Part shown: positions 1-9,598 of the stretch, in pieces
Layout: each line of letters opens with the position of its first letter
How positions within the stretch are numbered: the first letter of the stretch is position 1
IMG/VR virus record: IMGVR_UViG_3300016476_000279
Span: 1 to 49,574 of that record
From: a virus
Taxonomy: Duplodnaviria; Caudoviricetes
Reading direction: 5' to 3' (one strand)
DNA length: 49,574 bases
Program-made: the position numbers and the translations under genes
The notes under the pieces: generated by a model
Seen by the model: only the letters and a program-made list of their open reading frames with translations
What the model was told of the DNA's origin: nothing
Databases searched by the model: none

Positions 1-2
1 GA

Positions 3-371
3 TGCGTCGCCTACTGCTTCGCCGAAGTCCCCGGCTTCTCCAAGTTCGGCAGCTACACCGGCAACGGATCGGCAGATGGCCCGTTTGTGTATTGCGGCTT
101 CAGGCCACGATGGATTCTCATCAAGAGCGCTGGCACCGCCAACGGTTGGGCGCTGATTGACACAGCGCGTAGTACGATCAACGTATCGCAGACTTACCTT
201 GAAGCAAACACAGCCGTGGCTGAAGGAAGCGTTATTAACTGGGCGGTGGATATTTTGTCCAATGGTTTCAAGATTAAGTCCGGTGCGTACAACGAGAATA
301 ATGGAAGCGGTACGAACTATGTTTTTGCTGCTTTTGCCGAATCCCCATTCAACTACTCCCGCGCACGATAG
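3..371 (+). CDS. C-terminal part of a tail fibre/receptor-binding-like protein (5' truncated by the window)
   Basis: The frame is open from base 3 (CVAYCFAEVPGFSKFGSYTGNGSADGPFVYCGFRPRWILIK...). It has the same YTGNG...GFxP.(W/F)..IK repeat type as the ORF running off the window end at 47759-49574. Confidence 0.8.
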   Translation, partial: CVAYCFAEVPGFSKFGSYTGNGSADGPFVYCGFRPRWILIKSAGTANGWALIDTARSTINVSQTYLEANTAVAEGSVINWAVDILSNGFKIKSGAYNENNGSGTNYVFAAFAESPFNYSRAR

Positions 372-383
372 GAGAAAAAAACT

Positions 384-800
384 ATGTTTAAATTAAATAA
401 TAAAGTAATTAGTATTGATAACGAATATACTTCAGAAGAAGGTATTACTTATCCAAACCTTCGTAATCCTGAAGTACGAGAATTGTTGGGAGTTATAGAG
501 CTTCCCGATCCTGAGTTTTATGACCAACGATTTTATTGGGATGTAAATATTCCTAAAGATTTGAATCAACTAAAAGATCAATGGATTTCTCAATCTAAAG
601 AAAACGCTAATAAAGAGCTTTCTCAAACAGATTGGATGATTATTCGTAAAGCAGAACGTAATATAGATATTCCTGAAGACATTGTAGCTAATCGTCAAAG
701 TATTATTAATAAATGTTCTGATTTAGAAATTCAAATTCAAGAAACAACTACTGTAGAAGAACTAATAGCTGTGCTTTTTCCACAGGCAGCTGAAGAATGA
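384..800 (+). CDS. Putative tail fibre assembly chaperone
   Basis: AGGAG RBS; directly follows the fibre gene; LSQTDWMIIRKAE motif typical of phage tail assembly chaperones. Confidence 0.6.
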   Translation: MFKLNNKVISIDNEYTSEEGITYPNLRNPEVRELLGVIELPDPEFYDQRFYWDVNIPKDLNQLKDQWISQSKENANKELSQTDWMIIRKAERNIDIPEDIVANRQSIINKCSDLEIQIQETTTVEELIAVLFPQAAEE

Positions 801-1006
801 TTCAAGACCATTCGGAAAGCATTGGTGGGCTAGCAGCTAAGGCTGGCCCTCCAGTAGCTGTTTCTGGTCTGACATTTCTTGGAGTTGGTTTACCAGAACT
901 TGTACAAATAGTTACTTTAGTTTATGTTTGCTTAATGGTAGTAGAAAAAGTTTATACTATGATTACTAAGTATATTCGACACAGGAAACATGAACAGTCT
1001 AAATAA
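797..1006 (+). CDS. Holin
   Basis: 69 aa with hydrophobic segments and a basic C-terminus, immediately upstream of and overlapping the endolysin. Confidence 0.7.
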   Translation: MIQDHSESIGGLAAKAGPPVAVSGLTFLGVGLPELVQIVTLVYVCLMVVEKVYTMITKYIRHRKHEQSK

Positions 1007-1556
1007 ATGGCTCTTAGGAAGCGTCAGTGCAGCAGTAATTGCTGGCGCTACTTATTGGGAAGGAACTCGTTACACTGCTTACAATGACATAGTTGGCGTG
1101 TTAACAGTGTGTAATGGATATACAGGAAAAGATATTGTTAAAGGAAAAATTTATACTCCTCAAGAATGTAAAACTCTTTTAACTAAAGAATTAAAAGCAC
1201 ATGGAGATGGAATACTAAAATGTATCAATGTTCCATTAACTCAATATCAATTTGATGCTTTCACATTGTTTGCTTATAACGTAGGGGTAGGGGCTTTTTG
1301 TTCTTCTAAATCAGTATTACAGCCTCTTAATAGAGGAAACTATAAAGCAGCTTGTGATGGGCTTTTAAAGTGGGTTTATGCTGACGGTAAATATGTACAA
1401 GGACTGTATAACCGAAGAATGTATGAACGTAAAATGTGTTTAGGAGAACTTAATGTTCAAGAAGTACGGACTGTATTTGATTATTCTGATAAGTATTATC
1501 AGTGGTATGTACGCGATCCACAGATCAGCAGTAAAATCAGAAGTAATCCAAGCTAA
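990..1556 (+). CDS. Endolysin, GH24 lysozyme, probably SAR type
   Basis: Weakly hydrophobic Gly/Ala-rich N-terminus followed by WEGTRYTAYNDIVGVLTVCNG (E...D...T catalytic segment), FAYNVGVGAFCSS and GLYNRR. Confidence 0.92.
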   Translation: MNSLNKWLLGSVSAAVIAGATYWEGTRYTAYNDIVGVLTVCNGYTGKDIVKGKIYTPQECKTLLTKELKAHGDGILKCINVPLTQYQFDAFTLFAYNVGVGAFCSSKSVLQPLNRGNYKAACDGLLKWVYADGKYVQGLYNRRMYERKMCLGELNVQEVRTVFDYSDKYYQWYVRDPQISSKIRSNPS

Positions 1557-1923
1557 ATCAGAAATAATACAAGAATACGATAAAAAATTAATAGAAGAAA
1601 CTGAAAAGAACATTAAAAAAGAAAGACAACTTGTAAGTGACCACCTTCGTCAAACTCAGGAAAAAAATGCTAAAATCCAAGCTATTAATAGCAAGCTCAA
1701 TAATGCTATTGCTGAGCTGCGCCAGCGCACCACACGTCCAGAAAGCAATTCCGAAAACACAAGTTCAACTCCCGAAATTAGAGAATACTGTACAGGAACC
1801 CAGCTTTACAGAGAGGATGCAGAATTTCTTACAAGGGAAGCTGCCAGAGCAGACAAAATCCTCGCAGAACGAGACTACTGCTACAATCAATACGAACGAG
1901 CAAGAGAGCTCCTTTCAAATTAA
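1453..1923 (+). CDS. Rz: i-spanin (Rz-like)
   Basis: N-terminal transmembrane helix, then coiled coil; follows the endolysin; AGGAG RBS. Confidence 0.8.
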   Translation: MFKKYGLYLIILISIISGMYAIHRSAVKSEVIQAKSEIIQEYDKKLIEETEKNIKKERQLVSDHLRQTQEKNAKIQAINSKLNNAIAELRQRTTRPESNSENTSSTPEIREYCTGTQLYREDAEFLTREAARADKILAERDYCYNQYERARELLSN

Positions 1924-2026
1924 ACTAGAATGCGGTTCCTTAGCTGGAATGGGAAGAATATGGTTTAAAATTGATGGTGAGATTTATGCTATGACAATTA
2001 AATGCCCATATGGGCCAGAGGTATAA
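1667..2026 (+). CDS. Rz1: o-spanin lipoprotein (Rz1-like), overlapping Rz in the +1 frame
   Basis: ATG at 1667 after AGGA; signal peptide MLKSKLLIASSIMLLLS-C with a lipobox; lies in an alternative frame of Rz. Confidence 0.7.
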   Translation: MLKSKLLIASSIMLLLSCASAPHVQKAIPKTQVQLPKLENTVQEPSFTERMQNFLQGKLPEQTKSSQNETTATINTNEQESSFQIKLECGSLAGMGRIWFKIDGEIYAMTIKCPYGPEV

Positions 2027-2299
2027 ATGACTATTAAACGTGGAAGCGAAACATTCTCAGGATATAATAAACCTAAGAAAACTCCTAATCATCCTACTAA
2101 AAGCCACGCAGTGTTGGCTAAATCAGGAGATCAAGTAAAACTTATTAGATTTGGTCAGCAGGGAGTTAAAGGTGCAGGAAGTGCTCCTAAAAGTGAAAAA
2201 GAAAAAGCACGACAAAAGTCTTTTAAAGCACGTCATGCAGATAATATTTCTAAAGGCAAGATGTCTGCAGCGTATTGGGCGGATAAAGTAAAATGGTAG
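2027..2299 (+). CDS. Conserved small basic phage protein, function unknown
   Basis: GYNKPK...KSHAVLAK...LIRFGQQG...SFKARH...SAAYWADKVKW is a recognisable phage family; GAGG RBS. Confidence 0.75.
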   Translation: MTIKRGSETFSGYNKPKKTPNHPTKSHAVLAKSGDQVKLIRFGQQGVKGAGSAPKSEKEKARQKSFKARHADNISKGKMSAAYWADKVKW

Positions 2300-2790
2300 A
2301 ACTTCCTACAAAAGATAAGATGATTGACAGTATGGGAAAATTTCTCACTCAATCTCTTTTCCTAGAAATAGGATATAGTGATTTTGCCATTTATACTCTT
2401 AAAGATGGCGATCACGAACATAACGGTAAATATTATTATTCACTAAAACGTCTTTATCTTGAAACAGAAGACCCCACAGAATACGAATTCGCAAACAAAT
2501 ACCTTTGCAATTGGAGGCATTGGCAAAGACTGTGTGAAAATAAAGTATTACGTAAGTATATCGATGAATGGCGAGAAGAACTTGAAGTGCGTCTTCGCTC
2601 AAAAGGTGTACGTGCAGCAATGCTAGAAGCTAATTCTGGCAATTTTCAAGCAGCTAAATGGGTGGCAGATAGGGGATGGAGCACACGAGGTGCTGGACGT
2701 CCTTCTAAAGCTGAAATAGAACGTGAAAAAAGAATTCAAGCAGGAATTGCTGACGAATACGAAGCAGATGTTATTCGTTTGATTAAATAA
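2293..2790 (+). CDS. terS: Terminase small subunit (putative)
   Basis: 165 aa directly upstream of TerL; DPTEYEFA...W.HW..L and GRPSK motifs. Confidence 0.65.
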   Translation: MVELPTKDKMIDSMGKFLTQSLFLEIGYSDFAIYTLKDGDHEHNGKYYYSLKRLYLETEDPTEYEFANKYLCNWRHWQRLCENKVLRKYIDEWREELEVRLRSKGVRAAMLEANSGNFQAAKWVADRGWSTRGAGRPSKAEIEREKRIQAGIADEYEADVIRLIK

Positions 2791-2798
2791 GGAAGTTC

Positions 2799-4400
2799 AT
2801 GGAAGATTCATGGCTAGTTGATGCTAAACGTAAGCTAGATAGAATGCCAACAGAAGCAAAGCAAATACGAGAAACTGCCTTATCAGATTTATATTTCTTT
2901 GCTAGATTGGTTAATCCCGGATATGTATATGGAGATATCCATAAAGAAATTTATTCATGGATGCAAGACTATTCTTTATTCGGACAAGGAACTGCTACAG
3001 TTACTAATAAACTAGTAATGCTTCCTCGGGGACATTTAAAAAGTCATATGGTGGCAACATGGGCGGCTTGGTTAATTACTAGGCATCCCGAAGTAACAAT
3101 CCTATATGTTTCTGCTACTGCAGGACTAGCTATTACTCAGCTATACGCTATTAAGAATATTCTTACAAGCGATTCATACACTCGTTATTTCCCTGAATAC
3201 GTACATCCTCAAGAAGGTAAAAGAGAAAAATGGAGTCAAGATGCAATATCTATTGACCATCCAAAACGTCGTCAAGAAGGTATTCGAGATGCTACAATAT
3301 CTACTGCTGGTCTTACTACTAATACTACTGGCTGGCATGCAGACGTACTTATTCCGGATGATCTTGTAGTTCCAGAAAATGCTTATACAGAAGATGGACG
3401 AGAAAGTGTTGAAAAGAAAGCGTCACAGTTTACCTCTATTCTTAATGCCGGTGGCTTTACTATGGCTTGCGGTACTCGTTACCATCCGTCTGATATTTAT
3501 GCTACTTGGAAAAATCAAGAATTTGATGTTTATAATGATGAAGGAGAAGTAGTAGATCGTGTACATGTTTGGGAAGTAAAAGAATATGCCGTAGAACGTG
3601 ACGGTTCTTTTATATGGCCTAAAACCATGCGTAGCGATAAAAAGTTCTTTGGATTTGATGCTCAAGTGTTAGCTAAAATACGAGCTCAATATGTAGATAG
3701 AGTACAATTTTACGCTCAGTATTATAACGATCCTAACGATCCCGGCTCTAATAGGATTAATCGAGATAGATTTCAATATTACGATAAACGTCATCTAAGA
3801 CAATCAGCAGGTGATTGGTATTTTAAGAATAAACGATTGAATGTATACGCTTCTATTGACTTTGCATTTAGTTTAAATAAACGAAGCGATAACACTGCTA
3901 TTGTAGTAATAGGAATTGATGAAGACGCGTATATTTATATTCTTGATATTGACCATTTTAAATCAGATCGTATTAGCGAATATTTTTCAAGAATTTCAGC
4001 TCTTCATTCAAAATGGGAGTTTAAAAAACTAAGAGCAGAAGTTACTGTTGCACAGTCTGTAATTGTTAGAGATTTAAAAGATAAAATGCGAGAAGAAGGT
4101 TTGAGGCTCTCTATTGATGAGTATCGCCCTACTCGTAATGAAGGAACAAAAGCAGAACGTATTGCTTCAGCATTAGAGCATAGATATGAGAATATGAGTA
4201 TTTGGCACTTCAAAGGTGGATATACTGATGTGCTAGAAGAAGAACTTGTATTGGCTCGTCCCGCTCATGACGATATTAAAGATGCTCTAGCTTCTGCTGT
4301 AGAGATTGCAGTTAAACCTAAACGAGCTCGCTCCACAGAAGGACGAGAAAGTAATGTTATACGCTTCGAGTCCCGCTTTGGTGGGGTGAAGTTTAGATAA
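2799..4400 (+). CDS. terL: Terminase large subunit
   Basis: LPRGHLKS Walker A, LIPDDLV Walker B, GTRYHP motif, and nuclease motifs SIDFA and HDDIKDALA. Confidence 0.93.
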   Translation: MEDSWLVDAKRKLDRMPTEAKQIRETALSDLYFFARLVNPGYVYGDIHKEIYSWMQDYSLFGQGTATVTNKLVMLPRGHLKSHMVATWAAWLITRHPEVTILYVSATAGLAITQLYAIKNILTSDSYTRYFPEYVHPQEGKREKWSQDAISIDHPKRRQEGIRDATISTAGLTTNTTGWHADVLIPDDLVVPENAYTEDGRESVEKKASQFTSILNAGGFTMACGTRYHPSDIYATWKNQEFDVYNDEGEVVDRVHVWEVKEYAVERDGSFIWPKTMRSDKKFFGFDAQVLAKIRAQYVDRVQFYAQYYNDPNDPGSNRINRDRFQYYDKRHLRQSAGDWYFKNKRLNVYASIDFAFSLNKRSDNTAIVVIGIDEDAYIYILDIDHFKSDRISEYFSRISALHSKWEFKKLRAEVTVAQSVIVRDLKDKMREEGLRLSIDEYRPTRNEGTKAERIASALEHRYENMSIWHFKGGYTDVLEEELVLARPAHDDIKDALASAVEIAVKPKRARSTEGRESNVIRFESRFGGVKFR

Positions 4401-4411
4401 AAAGGAATTGA

Positions 4412-6157
4412 ATGGCTAAGAAACCTTTAGAGATTGGAACTGCTTTTGGTAGGGACAATCTGGCTCAATATATTTCTCATACATGGCATACATATAATAC
4501 AAATCGCCATGAGAAAATTGAGCAATGGAAAGAGCTTCGTAATTATATTTTTGCAACAGACACAACCACTACAACTAATAAATCCCTTCCGTGGAAAAAT
4601 AGTACGACTCTACCTAAGCTTTGTCAGATTAGAGACAATTTGCATTCTAATTATATTTCTGCATTGTTCCCTAATGATGATTGGCTAAAGTGGGAAGGCT
4701 ATAGCCGTGAAGATGCTATTAAGGATAAAGTACAAGCTATTGAATCCTACATGTCCAACAAGACACGAGAAGGCCATTTTAGGACTGAAATTAGTAAACT
4801 CCTATACGACTATATAGACTACGGTAATTCGTTCGCTACAGTTGATTTTGAGGCTTCCTACAGGGAGGATATTAATGGAGATAAGATTCCTGACTTCATT
4901 GGCCCTAAAATTAGGCGTATTAGTCCTCTTGATATTGTATTTAATCCAATGGCTAACAGTTTTAAAGATTCTTTTAAAATTGTAAGAAGTCTTAAAAATA
5001 TTGGAGAGCTATACGCTTTGGCAGAAGATGAGCCAGATAATATGTATTTGAAGAACGCTCTTAAAAATAGAGACAAACTTCGTAAACATATGAACGCGTA
5101 TGGGATTGAAGAGTCAGATAAATCTGAAGCAATTATGGTAGATGGTTTTGGTACGTATCAAGATTATCTTCGTAGTAACTATGTTGAATTTCTTCAGTTC
5201 TATGGGGACATCTATTCGGAACAAGACAGTAAGTTAGAGCGTGGTAGGCTAATTACTGTTATTGACCGTATGTGGATTATTCAGAATGTTCCAATTCCTA
5301 ACTGGCTAGGCCACGCCCCTATTTATCATGTAGGCTGGCGTATGCGTCCAGATAACCTATGGGCAATGGGCCCGTTGGACAATCTGGTAGGTATGCAATA
5401 TCGAATTGACCATCTGGAAAATCTTAAAGCTGACGCTATGGACTTAGCTGTTCTTCCTCCTCTAGTTATTGCTGGAGAAGTAGAAGAATTTGATTATGCT
5501 CCGGGTGAAGAAATCCATATAGACGAGAATGGAAGCGTTACAGAGCTTGGTAGGAATGCTCAATGGGTTATCCAAGCAGACAATGCTATTCAGCTCCTAG
5601 AGCAGCGTATGGAGATGTATGCAGGGGCTCCTAGGGAAGCTATGGGTATTAGGACTGCTGGTGAGAAAACTGCATTTGAAGTACAACAGCTTGCTACAGC
5701 AGCTGGCCGTATCTTCCAAGAGAAAATCACTATATTTGAAATTGAGCTGCTTGAGAAGGCTCTAAACGCCATGCTAGAGGTTTCTAAGCGCAATTTGGAT
5801 AAAGGGGATGTCATACGTGTCATAGACGACGATATAGGCGCTAAGACCTTCCTAGAGATTACTAGAGATGATATTACAGCCTCCGGCAAACTACGTCCTA
5901 TAGGCGCAAGACATTTTGCCGCTCAAGCACAGCTAGTCCAAAACTTGAGTACTCTTGCGAATACAAACGTATGGGCGCAAGTAGCTCCTCATCTGAGTTC
6001 GAAGAACTTGGCCAAACTTATCGAAGACGTATTGAATCTTCAACGCTATCAATTGTTTACTCCTAATGTTGCTATTTTTGAACAACAAGAAACTCAAAGA
6101 CTTGTTAATCAAGCTTCTGAGGATCTAATGGTAGAAGAACAAACTCCTATAATATAA
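4412..6157 (+). CDS. Portal protein
   Basis: 581 aa after TerL; RISPLDIVFNP, GWRMRPDNLWAMGPL and GEKTAFEVQQL resemble podovirus portals. Confidence 0.88.
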   Translation: MAKKPLEIGTAFGRDNLAQYISHTWHTYNTNRHEKIEQWKELRNYIFATDTTTTTNKSLPWKNSTTLPKLCQIRDNLHSNYISALFPNDDWLKWEGYSREDAIKDKVQAIESYMSNKTREGHFRTEISKLLYDYIDYGNSFATVDFEASYREDINGDKIPDFIGPKIRRISPLDIVFNPMANSFKDSFKIVRSLKNIGELYALAEDEPDNMYLKNALKNRDKLRKHMNAYGIEESDKSEAIMVDGFGTYQDYLRSNYVEFLQFYGDIYSEQDSKLERGRLITVIDRMWIIQNVPIPNWLGHAPIYHVGWRMRPDNLWAMGPLDNLVGMQYRIDHLENLKADAMDLAVLPPLVIAGEVEEFDYAPGEEIHIDENGSVTELGRNAQWVIQADNAIQLLEQRMEMYAGAPREAMGIRTAGEKTAFEVQQLATAAGRIFQEKITIFEIELLEKALNAMLEVSKRNLDKGDVIRVIDDDIGAKTFLEITRDDITASGKLRPIGARHFAAQAQLVQNLSTLANTNVWAQVAPHLSSKNLAKLIEDVLNLQRYQLFTPNVAIFEQQETQRLVNQASEDLMVEEQTPII

Positions 6158-6159
6158 TT

Positions 6160-6402
6160 ATGAAAACATCTTGGACTAAAGGGTTAAACGAAGAACAAAT
6201 AACCCAATTACGTCAGGATTTTGTGGGAGGCGTCCTACTAAGGGAACGCCTCACACACCTTCTGACGGAGAAACAACAAGCTTCAACGAAGAAATCTAGG
6301 AACGAAGAAGGTTATGAAAATCCTAATTGGGCGTACCTACAAGCTGACGCTAGAGGGTACGAAAGAGCTCTTTCAGAGGTTATTTCTTTGATTTCTAGTT
6401 AA
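6160..6402 (+). CDS. Hypothetical protein between portal and scaffold
   Basis: 80 aa ORF with PNWAYLQADARGY, in a syntenic position. Confidence 0.7.
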   Translation: MKTSWTKGLNEEQITQLRQDFVGGVLLRERLTHLLTEKQQASTKKSRNEEGYENPNWAYLQADARGYERALSEVISLISS

Positions 6403-6405
6403 AAA

Positions 6406-6433
6406 TGTCTACAATTCCCTAAAAAAAGGGTAT
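6406..6433 (+). promoter_or_regulatory. Candidate phage-sigma promoter TGTCTAC-N15-GGGTAT, copy 1
   Basis: Intergenic, upstream of the scaffold and capsid genes; same two boxes and spacing at 36391-36418 (-) and 43055-43082 (+). Confidence 0.75.
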
Positions 6434-6587
6434 AAGATTATATCTTAAATATAATATATAGAATCGAAGAGTCTATTAATATAGAAATTTAGTAAGTAAT
6501 TAGATAGTTATTTATTTCTAGTATTTCTAGAAATACTTATGTACTAGTTTATTAAGCAGTATAGTTCGACTTAACTTAAGGAATTTT

Positions 6588-7415
6588 ATGGCTGACCAGC
6601 CTAACAGTATTTTCGATGGTACAACTCCTCCAGTGCCACCAGCACCGGGAGACAATAGCACTACACCTCCTCAATCAGATGACCGTCTAGCTGACCTGCT
6701 ACGGGATATCAAAAATGAGAAAGGAGAGCAAAAGTATAAAGATCCTCTTGAGGCGCTTAACGGTCTTAAACATGCACAAGAATTTATTCCTCAGCTCAAA
6801 TCTCAATTGACAGATAAAGAGCAGGAAATTCTTCGTATGAAAGAAGAGATTGCCCGTCTCAAAGAAGTAGAATCTTCGTTACAAAAGCTCACTCAGCCTA
6901 ATTCAGAACCTCCGAACACCTCGCAGGGAACGATTACGGAAGAGCAAATTGCTGAATTGGTAGCTCGCCAATTAGCTCAGAAAGATGCAGAATCAGTTCA
7001 GAAGCAAAATTTGCAAACAGTAGTTTCAACTCTCCGGAATGTACTAGGAGCCGATGCAGAGAAAACTTTTTATGCAAAAGCTGAAGAGCTTGGTATGACT
7101 CAAGCTGAGATTAATTCGCTTGCAGCTACAAAACCCAAGGCAGTTTTGACTATGTTTGGCGTAACAGAGAAGCAGTCACAAGCTAACAATAATGTAGCTT
7201 CTCCAGCGGCAAGCTCGGTTAATAGCTCGGCTTTTCAGTCTACTGAAGAGTCTTACGTTGGACGTAATCCCAAACCTACGCTTATTGGTGCAACTACAGA
7301 AGATTTGAAACAGGCCACTGATAGGGCTAAGAAAATGGTAGAAGAACTTAGTAAGCACGGTTTGAGCATTAGTGATCTAACAAATCCAAAAGTGTATAGT
7401 AAATATTTTAAATAA
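6588..7415 (+). CDS. Capsid scaffolding protein
   Basis: Acidic, Pro-rich N-terminus and coiled coil; directly before the major capsid gene; AAGGA RBS. Confidence 0.8.
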   Translation: MADQPNSIFDGTTPPVPPAPGDNSTTPPQSDDRLADLLRDIKNEKGEQKYKDPLEALNGLKHAQEFIPQLKSQLTDKEQEILRMKEEIARLKEVESSLQKLTQPNSEPPNTSQGTITEEQIAELVARQLAQKDAESVQKQNLQTVVSTLRNVLGADAEKTFYAKAEELGMTQAEINSLAATKPKAVLTMFGVTEKQSQANNNVASPAASSVNSSAFQSTEESYVGRNPKPTLIGATTEDLKQATDRAKKMVEELSKHGLSISDLTNPKVYSKYFK

Positions 7416-7424
7416 GGATAATAA

Positions 7425-8366
7425 ATGTCTCAAAATCGTAGCAATTCTACTGCATTTATTGAAGCAGAGCAGTATTCTGCTTTCATTCTGCAGAATCTGC
7501 ACGACGGTATGCTTCCGGGCACTATGTACCGTAACGTGTCGGACTTTGGTTCGGGTAATACCCTCCATATCAAAACCGTCGGTACTGTCACTATTCAAGA
7601 CGGCGCTGAAGAAGTTCCTTTTGACTACACTCCGATTGAATCGGGTGAAGTGACCCTGACCATCACCGACTATGTTGGCGATGCTTGGTACGTTACTGAT
7701 GAACTCCGTGAAGATGGTGCTCAAGTTGAAGCTCTGATGTCGGCTCGTTCTTCGGAATCGACCCGCGCTATTCAGGAAACTTTTGAGTCCCGCTTCCTGC
7801 GTAAGTGCAACACTTCGCAAACCAACGGTGCAACCAATGCTGTTAACGGCTTTGCCCATCGTATTGCTTCGGCAGAAACTAACAACGTCATTGCTCTGAG
7901 CCACTTCATTCAGATGAAGCTTGCTTTCGACAAGGCTAATGTCCCTATGGCTGGCCGTGTTGCTATCGTTGATCCTGTTGTTGCTTCTACTCTCGATCGT
8001 CTGGTTTCGATCAATCGTGATGTTACCCCGTTCGGTCAGCGTATTCTGGAAAACGGTTTTGACCGTGACCACCAGTTCCTGATGAACCTGTATGGCTGGA
8101 ACATCATCACTTCTAACCGTCTGGCTACTGGCTCGTTTGGCGATGGCACTACTACTGTTTCTAACGGTGTTGCTAACGTGTTCATGAACGTTGCTGATGA
8201 CAACATCAAGCCTATTATGGCTGCATGGCGTCGTATGCCTAAAGTTGAAGGCGAGCGTAACAAAGACCTGCGTCGTGACGAATTCGTTACCTCGGCTCGT
8301 TGGGGCTTCGGTACGCAACGTGTTGACTCGCTGGGTATCGTTGTCACTTCGGCTGTTAACTCGTAA
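7425..8366 (+). CDS. Major capsid protein
   Basis: 313 aa with strong high-expression codon bias; FIEAEQYSAFIL, DFGSGNTLHIKTVG and SARWGFG; position after the scaffold. Confidence 0.9.
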   Translation: MSQNRSNSTAFIEAEQYSAFILQNLHDGMLPGTMYRNVSDFGSGNTLHIKTVGTVTIQDGAEEVPFDYTPIESGEVTLTITDYVGDAWYVTDELREDGAQVEALMSARSSESTRAIQETFESRFLRKCNTSQTNGATNAVNGFAHRIASAETNNVIALSHFIQMKLAFDKANVPMAGRVAIVDPVVASTLDRLVSINRDVTPFGQRILENGFDRDHQFLMNLYGWNIITSNRLATGSFGDGTTTVSNGVANVFMNVADDNIKPIMAAWRRMPKVEGERNKDLRRDEFVTSARWGFGTQRVDSLGIVVTSAVNS

Positions 8367-8378
8367 TAAGGAAATATC

Positions 8379-8864
8379 ATGACTTTTAAAAATCAAGCTG
8401 GTCTCAATGTTAACAACCATTACGGTGCTCGTGACACTGGCGGTGCAGTTGGTGTAGAAAGCACCAGCGGTTCCGAAATGACTGTTTCGGTTCAACTTAC
8501 TGGTGCATCGATCAATGATGGCTACGTTCCTCCGGTTACTATTCCGAAGGGCGCTCTTCTGAAAGAAGCTGTTCTGCGTGTTGATGAGGCATTCTCTCTC
8601 GGTGGTACTTCTCCCACAGTTCGTGTTGGTCTGGTTGGCTCTGTAGCTACTAACAACATGGAGCTCACCAAAACTGAACTCGAAGCTATCGGCACCAAAG
8701 TTCCTGCAGAAGTTGGTAACGGTACGTTTGATCCTACCTCCGCTACAGGCGTAACTGCAGCTGCTAAGCTTGCTATTGCCCTTGGTGGTACGTCTCCTAC
8801 GGTTTCGGCTACTGTTGGTAAAGCAACCCTGATTCTGAAATTCACGAACCGGGCTAAAGCTTAA
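8379..8864 (+). CDS. Putative capsid decoration/minor head protein
   Basis: Follows the capsid gene with the same codon bias and precedes a terminator; Gly/Thr/Val-rich. Confidence 0.6.
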   Translation: MTFKNQAGLNVNNHYGARDTGGAVGVESTSGSEMTVSVQLTGASINDGYVPPVTIPKGALLKEAVLRVDEAFSLGGTSPTVRVGLVGSVATNNMELTKTELEAIGTKVPAEVGNGTFDPTSATGVTAAAKLAIALGGTSPTVSATVGKATLILKFTNRAKA

Positions 8865-8877
8865 TTAAGTTATACCT

Positions 8878-8912
8878 AAAGGGGTGAGGCGTAAAAACCT
8901 CATCCCTTTTTT
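8878..8912 (+). terminator. Intrinsic terminator
   Basis: Stem GGGGTGAGG / CCTCATCCC followed by a T run. Confidence 0.85.
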
Positions 8913-8928
8913 ATTTTAAGGAATTAAA

Positions 8929-9597
8929 ATGACTATTCAACACAGTGCGATTACTGGGGTTAATGTTCACGAGTCAAAAGGTGTAGATACAGCAGCAGCT
9001 AAGCTAGTGTACGTAACTGATGGTGCTGGCTCCGGAACTTGGAAGAAAGTTGGTATTGATAATCTTCTTGGCCTTACAACTGATGGTGATGTTTCTGGTC
9101 TTAAGCTTCTTAGCGATGGCAATGAAGGATTTACTCTAGTACGAGACTTTGCTTACGGCTCTATGGTTATTAGTAATAACTCTAGTTCTTTTGCTGTAGC
9201 AGATTCCGCAGATAATACTTTAGCTTCTACTACAGGATATGGTATTGTCTCTGGGTGGACTTCCGGTATCACAAGCGGTATTACCTTCTCAACTAACAAA
9301 CTCACAGTCCCTGTTACTGGTGTGTATGAATTGAACGCCTATGCTTTTGTAACACAAGGCCCAGCAGTTGGTGAGAAAGTTGCAATGCGTTATGTTGTTA
9401 ACGGAACTACCTATTCAGCTCGTAGAGCTTCTCATAAAGTAGCAGTTGCTAATGCTAACTTTCAACTAAATTTCTCAGAGATTCTAACGCTCTCCGCTAA
9501 TGACTTTGTTCAAATAGCTTATGCTGGAAGCGTTGCACATAATGCTATTATCAATGATTCTTCTGTATCTCTGAAACTAATTCGTCAGACGGCTTAA
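8929..9597 (+). CDS. Virion structural protein, possibly a short fibre or spike
   Basis: HESKG...VYVTDGAGSGTW N-terminus; beta-rich C-terminus (LTVPVTGVYEL...LSANDFVQI) resembling a C1q/BclA-type fold. Confidence 0.55.
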   Translation: MTIQHSAITGVNVHESKGVDTAAAKLVYVTDGAGSGTWKKVGIDNLLGLTTDGDVSGLKLLSDGNEGFTLVRDFAYGSMVISNNSSSFAVADSADNTLASTTGYGIVSGWTSGITSGITFSTNKLTVPVTGVYELNAYAFVTQGPAVGEKVAMRYVVNGTTYSARRASHKVAVANANFQLNFSEILTLSANDFVQIAYAGSVAHNAIINDSSVSLKLIRQTA

Positions 9598-9598
9598 T

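Noticed and set aside
157-396. 79 aa alternative-frame ORF, and similar short shadow ORFs throughout
   Set aside because: They lie inside well-supported genes in another frame or strand and have no recognisable features.
7377-8495. 372 aa antisense ORF over the capsid gene
   Set aside because: It mirrors the strongly biased codons of the major capsid gene, and I recognised no protein motif in it.
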